Source: Novosphingobium sp. SCN 66-18
Lineage (GTDB): Bacteria; Pseudomonadota; Alphaproteobacteria; Sphingomonadales; Sphingomonadaceae
Reading direction: 5' to 3'
NCBI GenBank assembly: GCA_001725355.1
Contig: MEGD01000038.1
Location: 3,612 to 67,611, forward strand
Length of the DNA stretch: 64,000 nucleotides
The notes under the pieces: model-generated
Told to the model about the DNA's origin: nothing
The model's database searches: none
Seen by the model: only the letters and a program-made list of their open reading frames with translations
In this document: positions 31,801 to 41,985 of the stretch, piece after piece
Layout of the letters: the number at the start of each line of letters is the position of its first letter
How positions within the stretch are numbered: the first letter of the stretch is position 1
Made by a program: the position numbers and the translations under genes

Positions 31801-31889
31801 AAATCGCACACGATTTAATCGCAAGGGGTTGACGACTCGGTGCGGCGAGTCCATATAGATCGCACACGATTTAATCGTTATCGATTTTA
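31801..31889. promoter_or_regulatory. ohr/ohrR divergent promoter with repeated operator boxes
   Basis: 19-bp direct repeat atcgcacacgatttaatcg at 31803 and 31859 (ATCG-N5-CGAT palindromes); TTGACG-N17-CATATA at 31829-31857. Confidence 0.8.
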
Positions 31890-31917
31890 ATCCTTCTCAA
31901 GCAAAAGGAAGCATCCC

Positions 31918-32346
31918 ATGAGCACCAAGATCCTCTATTCCACCAGCGCCACCGCCACCGGAGGCCGCGATGGCCGCTCGCGCACCGCGGACGGTTCGCT
32001 GGACGTCGTGCTCGCAAGCCCCAAGGAGCTGGGCGGCAACGGCCAGGGCAACAATCCTGAACAACTGTTCGCCGCCGGATATGCCGCTTGCTTCCTGGGC
32101 GCGATGAAGTTCGCGGCGACGCAGGACAAGAGCCTGCCGCGCGTGCCGGCGGAGGCCACCGTGACGGCAACGGTCGGCATCGGTCCGCGCGCCGACAAGG
32201 GCTTTGGCCTCGCGGTTTCGCTGGAAGTGAGCCTGCCGGGCGTGGACCGCGCCGCCGCCGAGGAACTGGTGGCCGAAGCCGACACGATCTGTCCCTACAG
32301 CCACGCCACGCGCGGCAACATCGAAGTCACGCTCAGCGTCGCCTGA
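31918..32346 (+). CDS. ohr: organic hydroperoxide resistance protein
   Basis: GGRDG, NPEQLFAAGYAACF, CPYSHATRGN. Confidence 0.96.
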   Translation: MSTKILYSTSATATGGRDGRSRTADGSLDVVLASPKELGGNGQGNNPEQLFAAGYAACFLGAMKFAATQDKSLPRVPAEATVTATVGIGPRADKGFGLAVSLEVSLPGVDRAAAEELVAEADTICPYSHATRGNIEVTLSVA

Positions 32347-32363
32347 GACCATTTCCCGGACAA

Positions 32364-32401
32364 CAAAGGGCCGGACCATCGCGTGATGGCCCGGCCCTTT
32401 G
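32364..32401. terminator. bidirectional terminator
   Basis: caaagggccgg...ccggccctttg. Confidence 0.7.
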
Positions 32402-32431
32402 CGCATTCGGTGCGTGGCAAGCCGCCGCGCG

Positions 32432-33196
32432 TTACTTGCCCTGCCAGTTCGGCTTGCGCTTCTCGGCAAAGGCCGCAGCGCCTTCGCGCGCGTCCTGCGA
32501 GGTGAACACCGGGGTGATATAGGCCTGCTGCTTGTCCCACATGTCGGCCTCGGTCCATTCGTGCGAATCGCGCACGATGGCCTTCGACGCGGCCAGCGCC
32601 AGCGGGCCGTTTTCGGCGATGCGCGCGGCCAGTTCCTTTGCCGCCGGCAGCGACGGGCCTTCGACCACGCGGTTGATGAAGCCCAGCTCGTAGGCCCGGG
32701 CCGCATCGATGAAGTCACCGGTCAGCGCCAGTTCCATGGCGATGCGCGGCGGAATCTGGCGCGGCAGCTTGATGAGGCCGCCGGCCGCTGCGGCCAGGCC
32801 GCGCTTCGCTTCGGGAATGCCGAACTTGGAGGCGGAACTGGCCACGATCAGATCGCACGATAGCGCCAGTTCCATGCCGCCCGCCAGCGCATAGCCATCG
32901 ACCGCCGCGATGATCGGCTTCTTCGGCGTCCACTGCGAAAGGCCGCCGAACCCGCGCCCGGGAAGCGACGGCGATTCCCCGCGCAGGAATCCCTTGAGGT
33001 CCATGCCGGAACAGAAAGTTCCGCCCGCGCCGGTCAGGATCGCGACCTGCAGGCCGGCTTCCGCGTCAAGCCGGTCCATCGCCGCGCTGATGCCTTCGGC
33101 CGCTGCCTTGTTCATGGCGTTCTTCGCATCGGGCCGGTTGATCGTGACCACCAGGACGTTGCCGTCCACTTCGGTCAGCACTTCAGGTTCGCTCAT
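32432..33196 (-). CDS. enoyl-CoA hydratase/crotonase family protein
   Basis: FCSGMDL, ALAGGMEL, FGIPE, AFAEKRKP. Confidence 0.92.
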   Translation of the reverse strand: MSEPEVLTEVDGNVLVVTINRPDAKNAMNKAAAEGISAAMDRLDAEAGLQVAILTGAGGTFCSGMDLKGFLRGESPSLPGRGFGGLSQWTPKKPIIAAVDGYALAGGMELALSCDLIVASSASKFGIPEAKRGLAAAAGGLIKLPRQIPPRIAMELALTGDFIDAARAYELGFINRVVEGPSLPAAKELAARIAENGPLALAASKAIVRDSHEWTEADMWDKQQAYITPVFTSQDAREGAAAFAEKRKPNWQGK

Positions 33197-33406
33197 CCCC
33201 ATCACTCCTGCAAAATTCCCGGACCTTTAACCGGTCACTTAAAATTCTTGGACCGGACCGCTTCCCGTGTCCAGAGGGAGCGGCCGGCGGGGATGCAGAA
33301 AATTGCGCTCTAAGACGGAAGTCCGGGGCGTCCTTGCCTTGCACCACGGCGCGCCTCTGCTAAGGGGAGCCTAATTTTTCTCCCCCAGACGAGGCACGGA
33401 ACGGCT

Positions 33407-34630
33407 ATGGCGAAGATCAAGGTGAAGAACCCGATCGTCGAAATCGACGGCGATGAAATGACGCGGATTATCTGGGAATGGATTCGCGAACGCCTGATCC
33501 TCCCCTACCTTGACGTCGACCTCAAGTACTATGACCTGTCGGTCGAAAAGCGCGACGAGACCAACGACCAGATCACCATCGATTCCGCCAACGCGATCAA
33601 GCAGTATGGCGTGGGCGTGAAGTGCGCCACGATCACCCCCGACGAAGCGCGTGTCGAGGAATTCAAGCTCAAGAAGATGTGGAAGTCGCCCAACGGCACG
33701 ATCCGCAACATCCTGGGCGGCGTGGTTTTCCGCGAACCTATCGTGATCCAGAACGTGCCCCGGCTGGTTCCCGGCTGGACCGATCCGATCGTGGTCGGCC
33801 GTCACGCCTTCGGCGACCAGTACAAGGCTACCGACACCCTGATCCCCGGCCCCGGCAAGCTGCGCCTGGTGTGGGACGGCGTGGACGGCGAGAAGATCGA
33901 CCTCGACGTGTTCGACTTCCCCTCGCCCGGCGTCGCCATGGCGATGTACAACCTGGACGATTCGATCCGCGACTTCGCCCGGGCCAGCTTCAACTACGGC
34001 CTCGGCCTCGGTTGGCCGGTGTACCTTTCGACCAAGAACACCATCCTCAAGGCCTATGACGGCCGCTTCAAGGACCTGTTCCAGGAAGTGTTCGACACCG
34101 AAGGCTTCAAGGAAAAGTTCGCCGCTGCCGGCATCGAGTACCAGCACCGCCTGATCGACGACATGGTCGCCTCCGCGCTCAAGTGGAGCGGCAAGTTCGT
34201 CTGGGCCTGCAAGAACTACGACGGTGACGTCCAGTCCGACACCGTGGCGCAGGGCTTCGGCTCGCTCGGCCTGATGACCTCGGTGCTGATGACGCCGGAC
34301 GGCAAGACCGTGGAAGCGGAAGCCGCCCACGGGACGGTTACCCGCCATTATCGCCAGCACCAGCAGGGCAAGCAGACCTCGACCAACCCGATCGCGTCGA
34401 TCTTCGCCTGGACGCGCGGCCTGATCTATCGCGGCAAGTTCGACGAGACGCCCGATGTGGTGAAGTTCGCCGAAACGCTGGAGCGCGTCTGCATCGAAAC
34501 CGTCGAAAGCGGCAAGATGACCAAGGACCTCGCCATCCTGATCGGTCCGGACCAGCCGTGGATGACCACCGAGAAGTTCTTCGAGGCGATCGTCGCCAAC
34601 CTCGAAAAGGAAATGACGGCCTGGAACTGA
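33407..34630 (+). CDS. icd: NADP-dependent isocitrate dehydrogenase
   Basis: [36 protein letters not shown]. Confidence 0.97.
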   Translation: MAKIKVKNPIVEIDGDEMTRIIWEWIRERLILPYLDVDLKYYDLSVEKRDETNDQITIDSANAIKQYGVGVKCATITPDEARVEEFKLKKMWKSPNGTIRNILGGVVFREPIVIQNVPRLVPGWTDPIVVGRHAFGDQYKATDTLIPGPGKLRLVWDGVDGEKIDLDVFDFPSPGVAMAMYNLDDSIRDFARASFNYGLGLGWPVYLSTKNTILKAYDGRFKDLFQEVFDTEGFKEKFAAAGIEYQHRLIDDMVASALKWSGKFVWACKNYDGDVQSDTVAQGFGSLGLMTSVLMTPDGKTVEAEAAHGTVTRHYRQHQQGKQTSTNPIASIFAWTRGLIYRGKFDETPDVVKFAETLERVCIETVESGKMTKDLAILIGPDQPWMTTEKFFEAIVANLEKEMTAWN

Positions 34631-34657
34631 GCCAGCCGCGTTCCTGACGGAAAAGCA

Positions 34658-34688
34658 AAAGAGGCTCCGGCATTGCCGGGGCCTCTTT
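34658..34688 (+). terminator. icd terminator
   Basis: aaagaggctccggc...gccggggcctcttt. Confidence 0.75.
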
Positions 34689-34727
34689 CGTTTGGCGCTT
34701 GCATCCTTGGCGGACGATGGGCCGCCG

Positions 34728-34761
34728 CCCACCCCCAGCCCCTCCCGCAAGCGGGAGGGAA
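34728..34761. repeat. solo copy of the CCCCTCCC hairpin repeat
   Basis: cccacccccag leader plus hairpin cccctcccgc-aa-gcgggagggg; same architecture as the arm at 6099-6134. Confidence 0.75.
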
Positions 34762-34919
34762 GCGATACTTACGCCGCGCCCCGCGGCGTTAGTCGCAGCG
34801 GGGTGGGCCTTCCACACGCAGCGTTTGCAAGCGGCACGATCGCCTTTCATTTTGTTGCTGAGGGCGTTTTCTCTACCGCCGGGGTTGGCAAGGCGGGTTA
34901 ACGAAGGTTACGGTGCCCC

Positions 34920-36704
34920 ATGGCCGGTTCCCTTGCTCCTTCCGCTGCGCTTTCCGATGCCCTGGTCATTCTCGGTGCCGCCGGAATCGTCATCCCGGCC
35001 TTCGCCCGCTTCCGCATCACCCCGATCATCGGGTTCATTCTGGTCGGCCTCGCGGTCGGACCCTATGGCCTTGGCTCGCTGGTCGGGCAGGTGCCGTGGC
35101 TATACCACATCACCATTTCCGATCCCGAGGCGATCGCGCCCTTCGCGGAATTCGGCATCATCCTGCTGCTCTTCGAGATCGGGCTCGAACTGTCGTTCAA
35201 CCGCCTGTGGTCCATGCGGCGGCTGGTGTTCGGGCTGGGCGCGATGGAGCTGGTCGGCGGCGCCCTGCTGATCGGCCTCGCCCTGATGGGGATCATGGGC
35301 GAAGGCCTGTACGGCGCGCTGGGGCTGGGCCTGGCGCTGGCGCTGTCCTCCACCGCGCTGGTCCTGCCGATATCGGGCACGCAAGGGCCAGTGGGCCGCG
35401 CGGCGCTGTCCATGCTGCTGTTCGAGGACATCGCGCTCGTCCCGATCATCTTCCTGCTCGGCGCGATCGCCCCCACGGCGGCGGCCGATGGCGGCGCGGT
35501 GCTGCTCGATACGCTGTGGCGTGGCGGCATCGTCATCGTGGCGCTGCTGCTGGCCGGTCGCTTCCTCCTGCCGAGCCTGTTCGCGCAGGCCGCGCAGACG
35601 AAAAGTCCCGAACTGTTCCTCGCCGCCAGCCTGCTCGTCGTCATCGTCGCGGCGCTCGCTACCGGAGCGGTCGGCCTTTCGCCGATCATGGGGGCGCTGC
35701 TCGCGGGCCTGCTGATCGCCGAGACCGAATACCACAACGAGGTCGAGGCGATCACCAAGCCGTTCAAGGGCCTGGCGCTGGGCGTGTTCCTCATCACCAT
35801 CGGCATGGGCATAGACTTGCGCGTGGTGTGGGAAAACCTCGGCCCGCTGGCCGCGGGCGTGGCGGGCGTGGTGGTGATCAAGGCGCTCGTCACCGGGCTG
35901 CTGCTGCGCGTGATGGGCAAGGGCCGTGGCACGGCGCTCGAAACCGGCATTCTCATGGCCAGCCCTTCGGAAACGACCCTGATCGTGCTGGCAACGGCCA
36001 CCCAGGCACAATTGATCCTGCCTCAGACCGCGCAGTTCTGGCAGATCGTCACCGCCAACGGCCTTACCATCACGCCTGCGCTGGCCAAGGTGGGTGAAGC
36101 CTTCGCCAAGCGGCTGGAAGCGCGCGAGCCGGCCTCGGCCGACCTGCCGCGCGCGGAACCGGCCGGCGATCGCGCCGTCATCCTCGGCTTCGGCCGCGTC
36201 GGCCGGTTGGTGGGCGAAATGCTGGCCGCCCACGATGCGCCCTATATCGCGATCGATTCCGATCCCCGGCTGGTCCGTGAAGCGCGCCTTGCGCGGCTGC
36301 CGGTGCTGTTCGGCAACGTCGCCAGCGAAACGGTCATCGACCGGCTCGACCTCGACCACGCCCGCGCGCTGATCGTCACCATGGACGAACCCGTGCTGGT
36401 CTCGCGCATCGTCAAGAAGCTGCACAAGCTGCGGCCCGAACTGCCAATCATCGTGCGCGCGCGCGATGCCGTCCATGCTGGCGAACTCTACCGCGCCGGC
36501 GCCACCCATGCCGTGCCGGAAACGCTGGAAAGCTCGCTGCAACTGTCCGAAGCGGTGCTCGTCGATCTGGGCGTGCCTATGGGTCCGGTGATCGCATCGA
36601 TTCATGAAAAGCGCGATGAACTGCGCCAGCAGATCATGGCGGATGGCGATCTGGCGATCGCACCGAAGCTGAAGTCGACCAGCCTGCGCGAACGGACAGC
36701 CTGA
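34920..36704 (+). CDS. CPA2 cation:proton antiporter with TrkA-N domain (KefB/C-like)
   Basis: LLFEIGLEL, ALSSTA, LLFEDIA, GFGRVG. Confidence 0.9.
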   Translation: MAGSLAPSAALSDALVILGAAGIVIPAFARFRITPIIGFILVGLAVGPYGLGSLVGQVPWLYHITISDPEAIAPFAEFGIILLLFEIGLELSFNRLWSMRRLVFGLGAMELVGGALLIGLALMGIMGEGLYGALGLGLALALSSTALVLPISGTQGPVGRAALSMLLFEDIALVPIIFLLGAIAPTAAADGGAVLLDTLWRGGIVIVALLLAGRFLLPSLFAQAAQTKSPELFLAASLLVVIVAALATGAVGLSPIMGALLAGLLIAETEYHNEVEAITKPFKGLALGVFLITIGMGIDLRVVWENLGPLAAGVAGVVVIKALVTGLLLRVMGKGRGTALETGILMASPSETTLIVLATATQAQLILPQTAQFWQIVTANGLTITPALAKVGEAFAKRLEAREPASADLPRAEPAGDRAVILGFGRVGRLVGEMLAAHDAPYIAIDSDPRLVREARLARLPVLFGNVASETVIDRLDLDHARALIVTMDEPVLVSRIVKKLHKLRPELPIIVRARDAVHAGELYRAGATHAVPETLESSLQLSEAVLVDLGVPMGPVIASIHEKRDELRQQIMADGDLAIAPKLKSTSLRERTA

Positions 36705-36710
36705 ACCCGA

Positions 36711-37652
36711 TCAGGCGATCGGGCGGGGCTGGAATACCGACCAGCCCGTCCGCTGGGTCAACCGCTCCAGCGCCAGGGCGCCCAGTTGCGAATTGCCTTT
36801 TTCATTCAACCCCGGCGACCATACCGCTATCGAGGCGATGCCCGGTGCCACGGCCAGTATGCCTCCGCCCACGCCCGATTTTCCGGCCAGGCCGGTGCGG
36901 AACGCGAACTCGCCCGAATTGTCGTAATGCCCACACAGCATCATCAGCGCGTTGATGCGGCGCGCGCGGCGTGGCGAGACGACGCTGAGCCCGGTGGCGG
37001 GGTTGCGCCCGTCGTGCATCAGGAACCGTCCCGCCATGGCCAGTTGCCGGCAGCTCATCGCCAGCGCGCACTGGTGAAAATAGACGCCCAGCGTGCGCTC
37101 CACCGGGTGCCGGATATTGCCGAACGCCCGCATATAGTTAGCCAGCGCGAAGTTGCGGAAGCCGGTTTCCCGTTCGGCATTGGCCACGTGTTCGTCGATG
37201 ATCACGCCTTCGTCGCCCGCCAGCGAGCGCACGAAGTGCAGGATGCTGCCGATCGCCTCGCGCGGCTCGTGCCCCGAAAGCAGCACGTCGGCCACCACGA
37301 TTGCGCCCGCGTTGATGAACGGGTTGCGGGGAATGCCGTGCTCGCTTTCAAGCTGGACGATCGAGTTGAAGGCGCTGCCCGATGGTTCGCGACCGACACG
37401 CCGCCACAGGGCATCGCCCACCGCGCCCAGCGCCAGCGTGAGCGAGAACACCTTCGAAATCGACTGAATCGAAAATGGTTCTTCCGCGTCCCCGGCCGTG
37501 AACACGTCTCCTGCGGCCGTCACCACCGCCATGCCGAAGCAATCGGGCGAAACGCAGGCCAGCGGCGGAATATAATCCGCCACCTGCCCCCGGTCGGTGG
37601 CCTCGCGCATTTCGGCGGCGATCTCGGCAACGATGGCGGCGATATCGCTCAC
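36711..37652 (-). CDS. glsA: glutaminase
   Basis: [31 protein letters not shown]. Confidence 0.95.
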   Translation of the reverse strand: MSDIAAIVAEIAAEMREATDRGQVADYIPPLACVSPDCFGMAVVTAAGDVFTAGDAEEPFSIQSISKVFSLTLALGAVGDALWRRVGREPSGSAFNSIVQLESEHGIPRNPFINAGAIVVADVLLSGHEPREAIGSILHFVRSLAGDEGVIIDEHVANAERETGFRNFALANYMRAFGNIRHPVERTLGVYFHQCALAMSCRQLAMAGRFLMHDGRNPATGLSVVSPRRARRINALMMLCGHYDNSGEFAFRTGLAGKSGVGGGILAVAPGIASIAVWSPGLNEKGNSQLGALALERLTQRTGWSVFQPRPIA

Positions 37653-39679
37653 TTCAGATAGCGCTTGTACCAGTCGGCGATCCGCTCGAACCGGTCGCGC
37701 AGGAAGCTTGGCCGGACAAGTCCGTGGTGTTCGCCGGGATACGCCACCAGCCGCGTCGGAACCCCCGTCAGCTTGAGCGCCTGATAGAGCTGCTGCCCAC
37801 CGATCAGCGGCACGTTGTCATCCGCCGTGCCGCCCAGGAACAGCGTTGGCGTCTTGATCCGGTCCGCATGGAGCAGCGGCTCGGAAAGGCGCGTCCACAG
37901 CGCCGTGTCCTGCCACGGCGGGCCAAGTTCCTGCACATATTGCTCGATGTACTGGTCCACGCCGAAGAAGGCGAAGATGTTGCCCACCCCCGCCCCGCTG
38001 ACACCGGCCTTGAAGCGGCTGTCGCGCGCGATCAGATAATCGGTGAGGATGCCGCCATAGCTCCACCCGCCGACGCCAAGGCGCGCGGGATCGGCAATCC
38101 CCTGCGCCACCGCCCAATCGGTCGCGGCATGCAGGTCGAGCACTTCCTTGTTGCCCCAATCGGCGGCGATCGCGGCGCCATAGGCATCGCCCCGGCCCGA
38201 ACTGCCGCGATAGTTTACCGCGAGCACGGCATAGCCCTGCGCGGCGATCCATTGCCGCATCGTATCGATCTCGTGCGCGTCCTGCGCCGTCGGCCCGCCA
38301 TGAATCCACAGCACGGTGGGATAGCGTTGCCCCTGCACGTAACCGGCCGGGAGCGTCACGATCCCGCGCACTTCGCTGCCATCGCTCGCTGTGGCGGCAA
38401 AATCGCGCACGGGTGACCAGGCAATGCCCGCGTTCAGCGCGCGGTTGTGCGCGGTCAGCGCGCGCATCGTCTTGCCCTCCAGCGCATAGACTTCGGGCAT
38501 CGCGTCATCGCCGCTGGCAATCACCGCGCGCGCCGCCTTGGCATCGCGGCCGCCGCACTGGTCGAACACCGCCAGCCGGGGGTCACCCAGCCGCTGCACG
38601 CCGCCCGTCGCCAGATCGAACACGGCGGGAACCTCATGCCGGTCCTCGGCCAGAATCGCGCCCACGCGCCCGCCGCCCAGATCGACGGGCCGTTGCACAT
38701 AGGTGCCCACCGATGACGCCACGATTCGGGTTTGCCCGGTCGCTAGCGCCGTTTCGGCAAGGCGCGGCTGGCTATACTGGTTGAGCTTGGGCACATCGCC
38801 CACCAGATGCGCGATCTTCGCGCCATCGGCGGACCAGATCAGCGATTGCCCCAGCGCCCCGGGAAGCTTGGCCACCACGCGCGGAGCCGCGCCCGCCTTG
38901 GCCTCCACCACGGTAAGCCACTGCGTTGCCGGCGCGGCGGGATCGATCCCGTGATTGGCAAGGTAGGCCACGCTCTTGCCGTCCGGCGACCATTCCGCCG
39001 CGATGACATCGAAGGAATCCGAAGCCGTCAGCCGCGTCTCGGTGCGCGCGGCCACGTCGAACAGCGCCAGGTGCGTATGGCTCTCGGTCGTGATGAAGCC
39101 CTGGCCGTCGTCCTTGAACTTCACGTCGTCGACCACGACCGGCAGCGGCCGCTCGGCATCGTCCTTGGGCGGTTCCGGCGCTGGATCGCTCAAGGTCAGC
39201 AGCAACCGGCGCGAATCGGGCGACCAGCGGAAGGCGGCGATATCGCCCTTCACATCGGTCAGCTTCTGCGCCTCGCCCCCCCGCCGGTCGAGCAGCCATA
39301 TCTGTGCCTGCTTGTCCTTGCCACGCTTCGAAAGGAACGCGATGGTCTTGCCATCCGGACTGAACGCGGGCGCACCGGCGCTCTCTTCGCCGTCTGTCAG
39401 CTGCAGCGCGGGCGCCCCTGCCAGATCGGCAAGCCAGATTACTGAACGGCGCTTGTCCGCCTTCACATCCGCATTGCTCACCACATAGGCGGCCTGCCGG
39501 CCATCAGGCGCGCAGGCCATTTCCGAGAGCGAGCGCATCGCGAGAATATCGTCGATAGTCACGGCGTGACGCGCCGGGGTGGCTTCCCCGGCCACCGCCA
39601 AAGCCGGCGGTGCGGCCAGCGCCAACATCGTCCCACACCGCAGCGCACGTAAAACCTGACGCCATTTCGCGATACCCAT
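37649..39679 (-). CDS. S9 family peptidase, secreted
   Basis: SPDG propeller repeats, HGGP, GWSYGG, DDNV, GEHH; stop overlaps glsA start. Confidence 0.92.
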   Translation of the reverse strand: MGIAKWRQVLRALRCGTMLALAAPPALAVAGEATPARHAVTIDDILAMRSLSEMACAPDGRQAAYVVSNADVKADKRRSVIWLADLAGAPALQLTDGEESAGAPAFSPDGKTIAFLSKRGKDKQAQIWLLDRRGGEAQKLTDVKGDIAAFRWSPDSRRLLLTLSDPAPEPPKDDAERPLPVVVDDVKFKDDGQGFITTESHTHLALFDVAARTETRLTASDSFDVIAAEWSPDGKSVAYLANHGIDPAAPATQWLTVVEAKAGAAPRVVAKLPGALGQSLIWSADGAKIAHLVGDVPKLNQYSQPRLAETALATGQTRIVASSVGTYVQRPVDLGGGRVGAILAEDRHEVPAVFDLATGGVQRLGDPRLAVFDQCGGRDAKAARAVIASGDDAMPEVYALEGKTMRALTAHNRALNAGIAWSPVRDFAATASDGSEVRGIVTLPAGYVQGQRYPTVLWIHGGPTAQDAHEIDTMRQWIAAQGYAVLAVNYRGSSGRGDAYGAAIAADWGNKEVLDLHAATDWAVAQGIADPARLGVGGWSYGGILTDYLIARDSRFKAGVSGAGVGNIFAFFGVDQYIEQYVQELGPPWQDTALWTRLSEPLLHADRIKTPTLFLGGTADDNVPLIGGQQLYQALKLTGVPTRLVAYPGEHHGLVRPSFLRDRFERIADWYKRYLK

Positions 39680-39944
39680 CTCTTCCCCCCAACAGACCCT
39701 TGAATCGGAGCGTAACCGGGCGGCCCCCTATCGGCAATTGCTCCGGCAAAAAGGGTGGCCGGTGCGCAAACAGCCGGACATGGCATGTAACGCCCGATAC
39801 ATTTTGCGACAAAGCGAACCGTGGCTGACATACCCTGGTTACAACTTTCCTATAACTTTAGATGATGAATCTCTATATCTTCTCTGTCGGGGCAGCCCGT
39901 CCTGTGCCCGGGGGAAAGCATGGCCGTTCAGGATCCAGCCAGGG

Positions 39945-41336
39945 ATGAGGGAGCCCACGACGGCAGAAGCGGCGTCCCCGCCCGCACGTCTGTGGGAACG
40001 CATTTGCAACGCCCGGATACCATTGTGGGCCGTCGGCCTTCTGAGCCTTTGCGGGGTGATCGTCACCATCGCGTTCGGCGCGATCGTGGCGCAGGCCGAT
40101 CGCCATGGCGGGCTTGGCAAGGCGGCGATCCAGATCGCCGGTATCCCCAACACGCTGGCCGGCGTCTATCACGGCCTTTTCCCCAACCGGCCGAAGCTGG
40201 TGCTCGATTACGTGCCGGAACCCGGTGGGCTGCACTACGCGGCCGGCCAGAGCTTTGTCGATCCGGGCTATGTCCTGCTTACGGAATTCAGCAACGCCCG
40301 CCAGCAACGCGTCGTGCGCCTGATGCGGCTGAGCGATGGCAAGGTGCTGCGCGAATACGCGCCGGACGTGCGCGCCATGCTGCAAGGGTCCACGTTCCGA
40401 TCGGCCATTGTCGACCTGCAACGCGACAAGACCCAGCGGCTCTACTTCCCGATGCATCCCATGCTCACCGATGATGGCGGGCTGATCCTGCACGATACCT
40501 CGCCGCTTACGCGGATCGACGCGTGCGGAAAGCGCCAGTGGATGATCGACGGTATCTTCCATCACGCGGTGGAGCGCGCGCCGGACGGCACGCTGTGGGC
40601 AGCCGATCGCCAACCCCGCTCGCGCCGCCCCGGGCTTGGTCCGCTGTTCGGCGACGAGAATATCGTGCACCTGCGCGCGGATGGCACGGTGCTGCGGCGC
40701 GAAGCCATCATCGCCATTCTTGATCGCAATGGCCTTGGCTATCTCTGGCGCAGCCGGCCCTACCAGGACGATCCGATCCACCTGAACGATGTGCAGCCGG
40801 TGCCGGGCGATGGCCCCTACTGGCACGCGGGCGATCTCCTGCTCAGCCTGCGCAACCTGTCGATGATCGCCCTGTACCGGCCGGCGGAAGGCCGCATCGT
40901 CTGGCATCGCGAAGTGCCGTGGCGGTTCCAGCACGATGTCGCCGTGATCGACGATCATCGTATCTCGGTGTTCGACAACAACTGGCGTTGGAACTGGCAG
41001 GCACCCGAAAAGGTCGAAACCGACGGCCACAACCGCGTCCTTGTCTATGACTTCGCGACCGACACGGTCAGCGATCCGCTGGGCGAGGCCTTCCGCAAGC
41101 TGGACATCCGCACCCACGCGCAGGGCAGGGCGATGCCCCTGCCCGGCGGCGATTTCCTGATCGAGGAAACCGAACGCGGCCGGCTTTTCCGCATCGCGCC
41201 CGACGGTTCGGTCCGCTGGCGCTACGTATCCGCCGATCCCGACCAGCACCGGTATGAACTGCGCTGGAGCCGGTATCTCGATCCCATCGCCGACAAGGTC
41301 GGCATCCAAGCAGCGGTGAACGCCAAATGCGAATGA
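39945..41336 (+). CDS. arylsulfotransferase (ASST) family protein, N-terminally membrane anchored
   Basis: N-terminal TM helix; FHH, DPIHLNDV, SLRN, FQHD in the order expected for ASST catalytic His/Asn/Arg residues. Confidence 0.8.
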   Translation: MREPTTAEAASPPARLWERICNARIPLWAVGLLSLCGVIVTIAFGAIVAQADRHGGLGKAAIQIAGIPNTLAGVYHGLFPNRPKLVLDYVPEPGGLHYAAGQSFVDPGYVLLTEFSNARQQRVVRLMRLSDGKVLREYAPDVRAMLQGSTFRSAIVDLQRDKTQRLYFPMHPMLTDDGGLILHDTSPLTRIDACGKRQWMIDGIFHHAVERAPDGTLWAADRQPRSRRPGLGPLFGDENIVHLRADGTVLRREAIIAILDRNGLGYLWRSRPYQDDPIHLNDVQPVPGDGPYWHAGDLLLSLRNLSMIALYRPAEGRIVWHREVPWRFQHDVAVIDDHRISVFDNNWRWNWQAPEKVETDGHNRVLVYDFATDTVSDPLGEAFRKLDIRTHAQGRAMPLPGGDFLIEETERGRLFRIAPDGSVRWRYVSADPDQHRYELRWSRYLDPIADKVGIQAAVNAKCE

Positions 41337-41596
41337 ACCTTCAGAGCATGGCCAGTGGCCTGTCGATCGTTTCCCTTGCCGCCATCGCCCTGATGGCCAC
41401 GACCGTTCCGGCCCAGGCCTATGTCGGGCCGGGCCTGGGCCTTGGCGCCATTTCCACCGCGCTGGGCGTGGTGGGGGCCATCCTGCTCGGGATTGTCTCC
41501 TTCGTGTGGTATCCGATCAAGCGCCTGATCCGCGCGGCGCGGCGCAAACCGGCCGCGCCGGCGCAAGCCGATCCGCAACCGGAAGCGGACCTGTGA
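41333..41596 (+). CDS. small membrane protein with AQA|YVGPG motif
   Basis: Signal-like segment ending AQA, YVGPGLG, TM helix, WYPIKR basic stop; ATGA and GTGA overlaps with neighbours; alternative start 41327. Confidence 0.8.
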   Translation: MNLQSMASGLSIVSLAAIALMATTVPAQAYVGPGLGLGAISTALGVVGAILLGIVSFVWYPIKRLIRAARRKPAAPAQADPQPEADL

Positions 41597-41985
41597 TTCC
41601 CGCCGCGCTGGTCCTGTTCGCCGCGCTGCTGGCCTCGGTGCATCTGGCGCACCGATGGACGCTGCTGCGCCATTTCGGCGATCTTGCGGCGATCGGCCGG
41701 CGCTCGGTTCGCACGCTTGCCCGCAGCGGGGTTTCCGACTGGAGCAAGGAACGCGCGACGCGCATTCTCGCGATCCGGATGATGGGCAAATCGCTCGCGG
41801 CGGGCGGCCTCCTGCTGATGATCGCCCTGCCCATCGCGGCCGTGCTGGCGATCGGCCCCGTAGCGGGCATTCCAACGCAGGACGCGCTGTTCGATCCCAC
41901 CGCCCGCCTGTCCATTCTTGCCGCAGGTATCGCCCTTGCCTTCCTCCGCTCCCGCGTCCGCCGCTTTGGCTTACGGCACGCTTGA
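41593..41985 (+). CDS. hypothetical membrane protein (about 3 TM, SDWSKE loop)
   Basis: GTG start overlapping the previous stop; hydrophobic segments. Confidence 0.7.
   Translation: MIPAALVLFAALLASVHLAHRWTLLRHFGDLAAIGRRSVRTLARSGVSDWSKERATRILAIRMMGKSLAAGGLLLMIALPIAAVLAIGPVAGIPTQDALFDPTARLSILAAGIALAFLRSRVRRFGLRHA

Noticed and set aside
31803-31877. 19-bp direct repeat with 37-bp spacer, superficially CRISPR-like
   Set aside because: Only two units, no cas genes, and it flanks the ohr promoter as expected for OhrR operators.
33227-33242. Possible CtrA boxes here, at 34898-34911 and upstream of cpdR
   Set aside because: Spacing is N8 or N6 rather than TTAA-N7-TTAA, or only a half-site is present.
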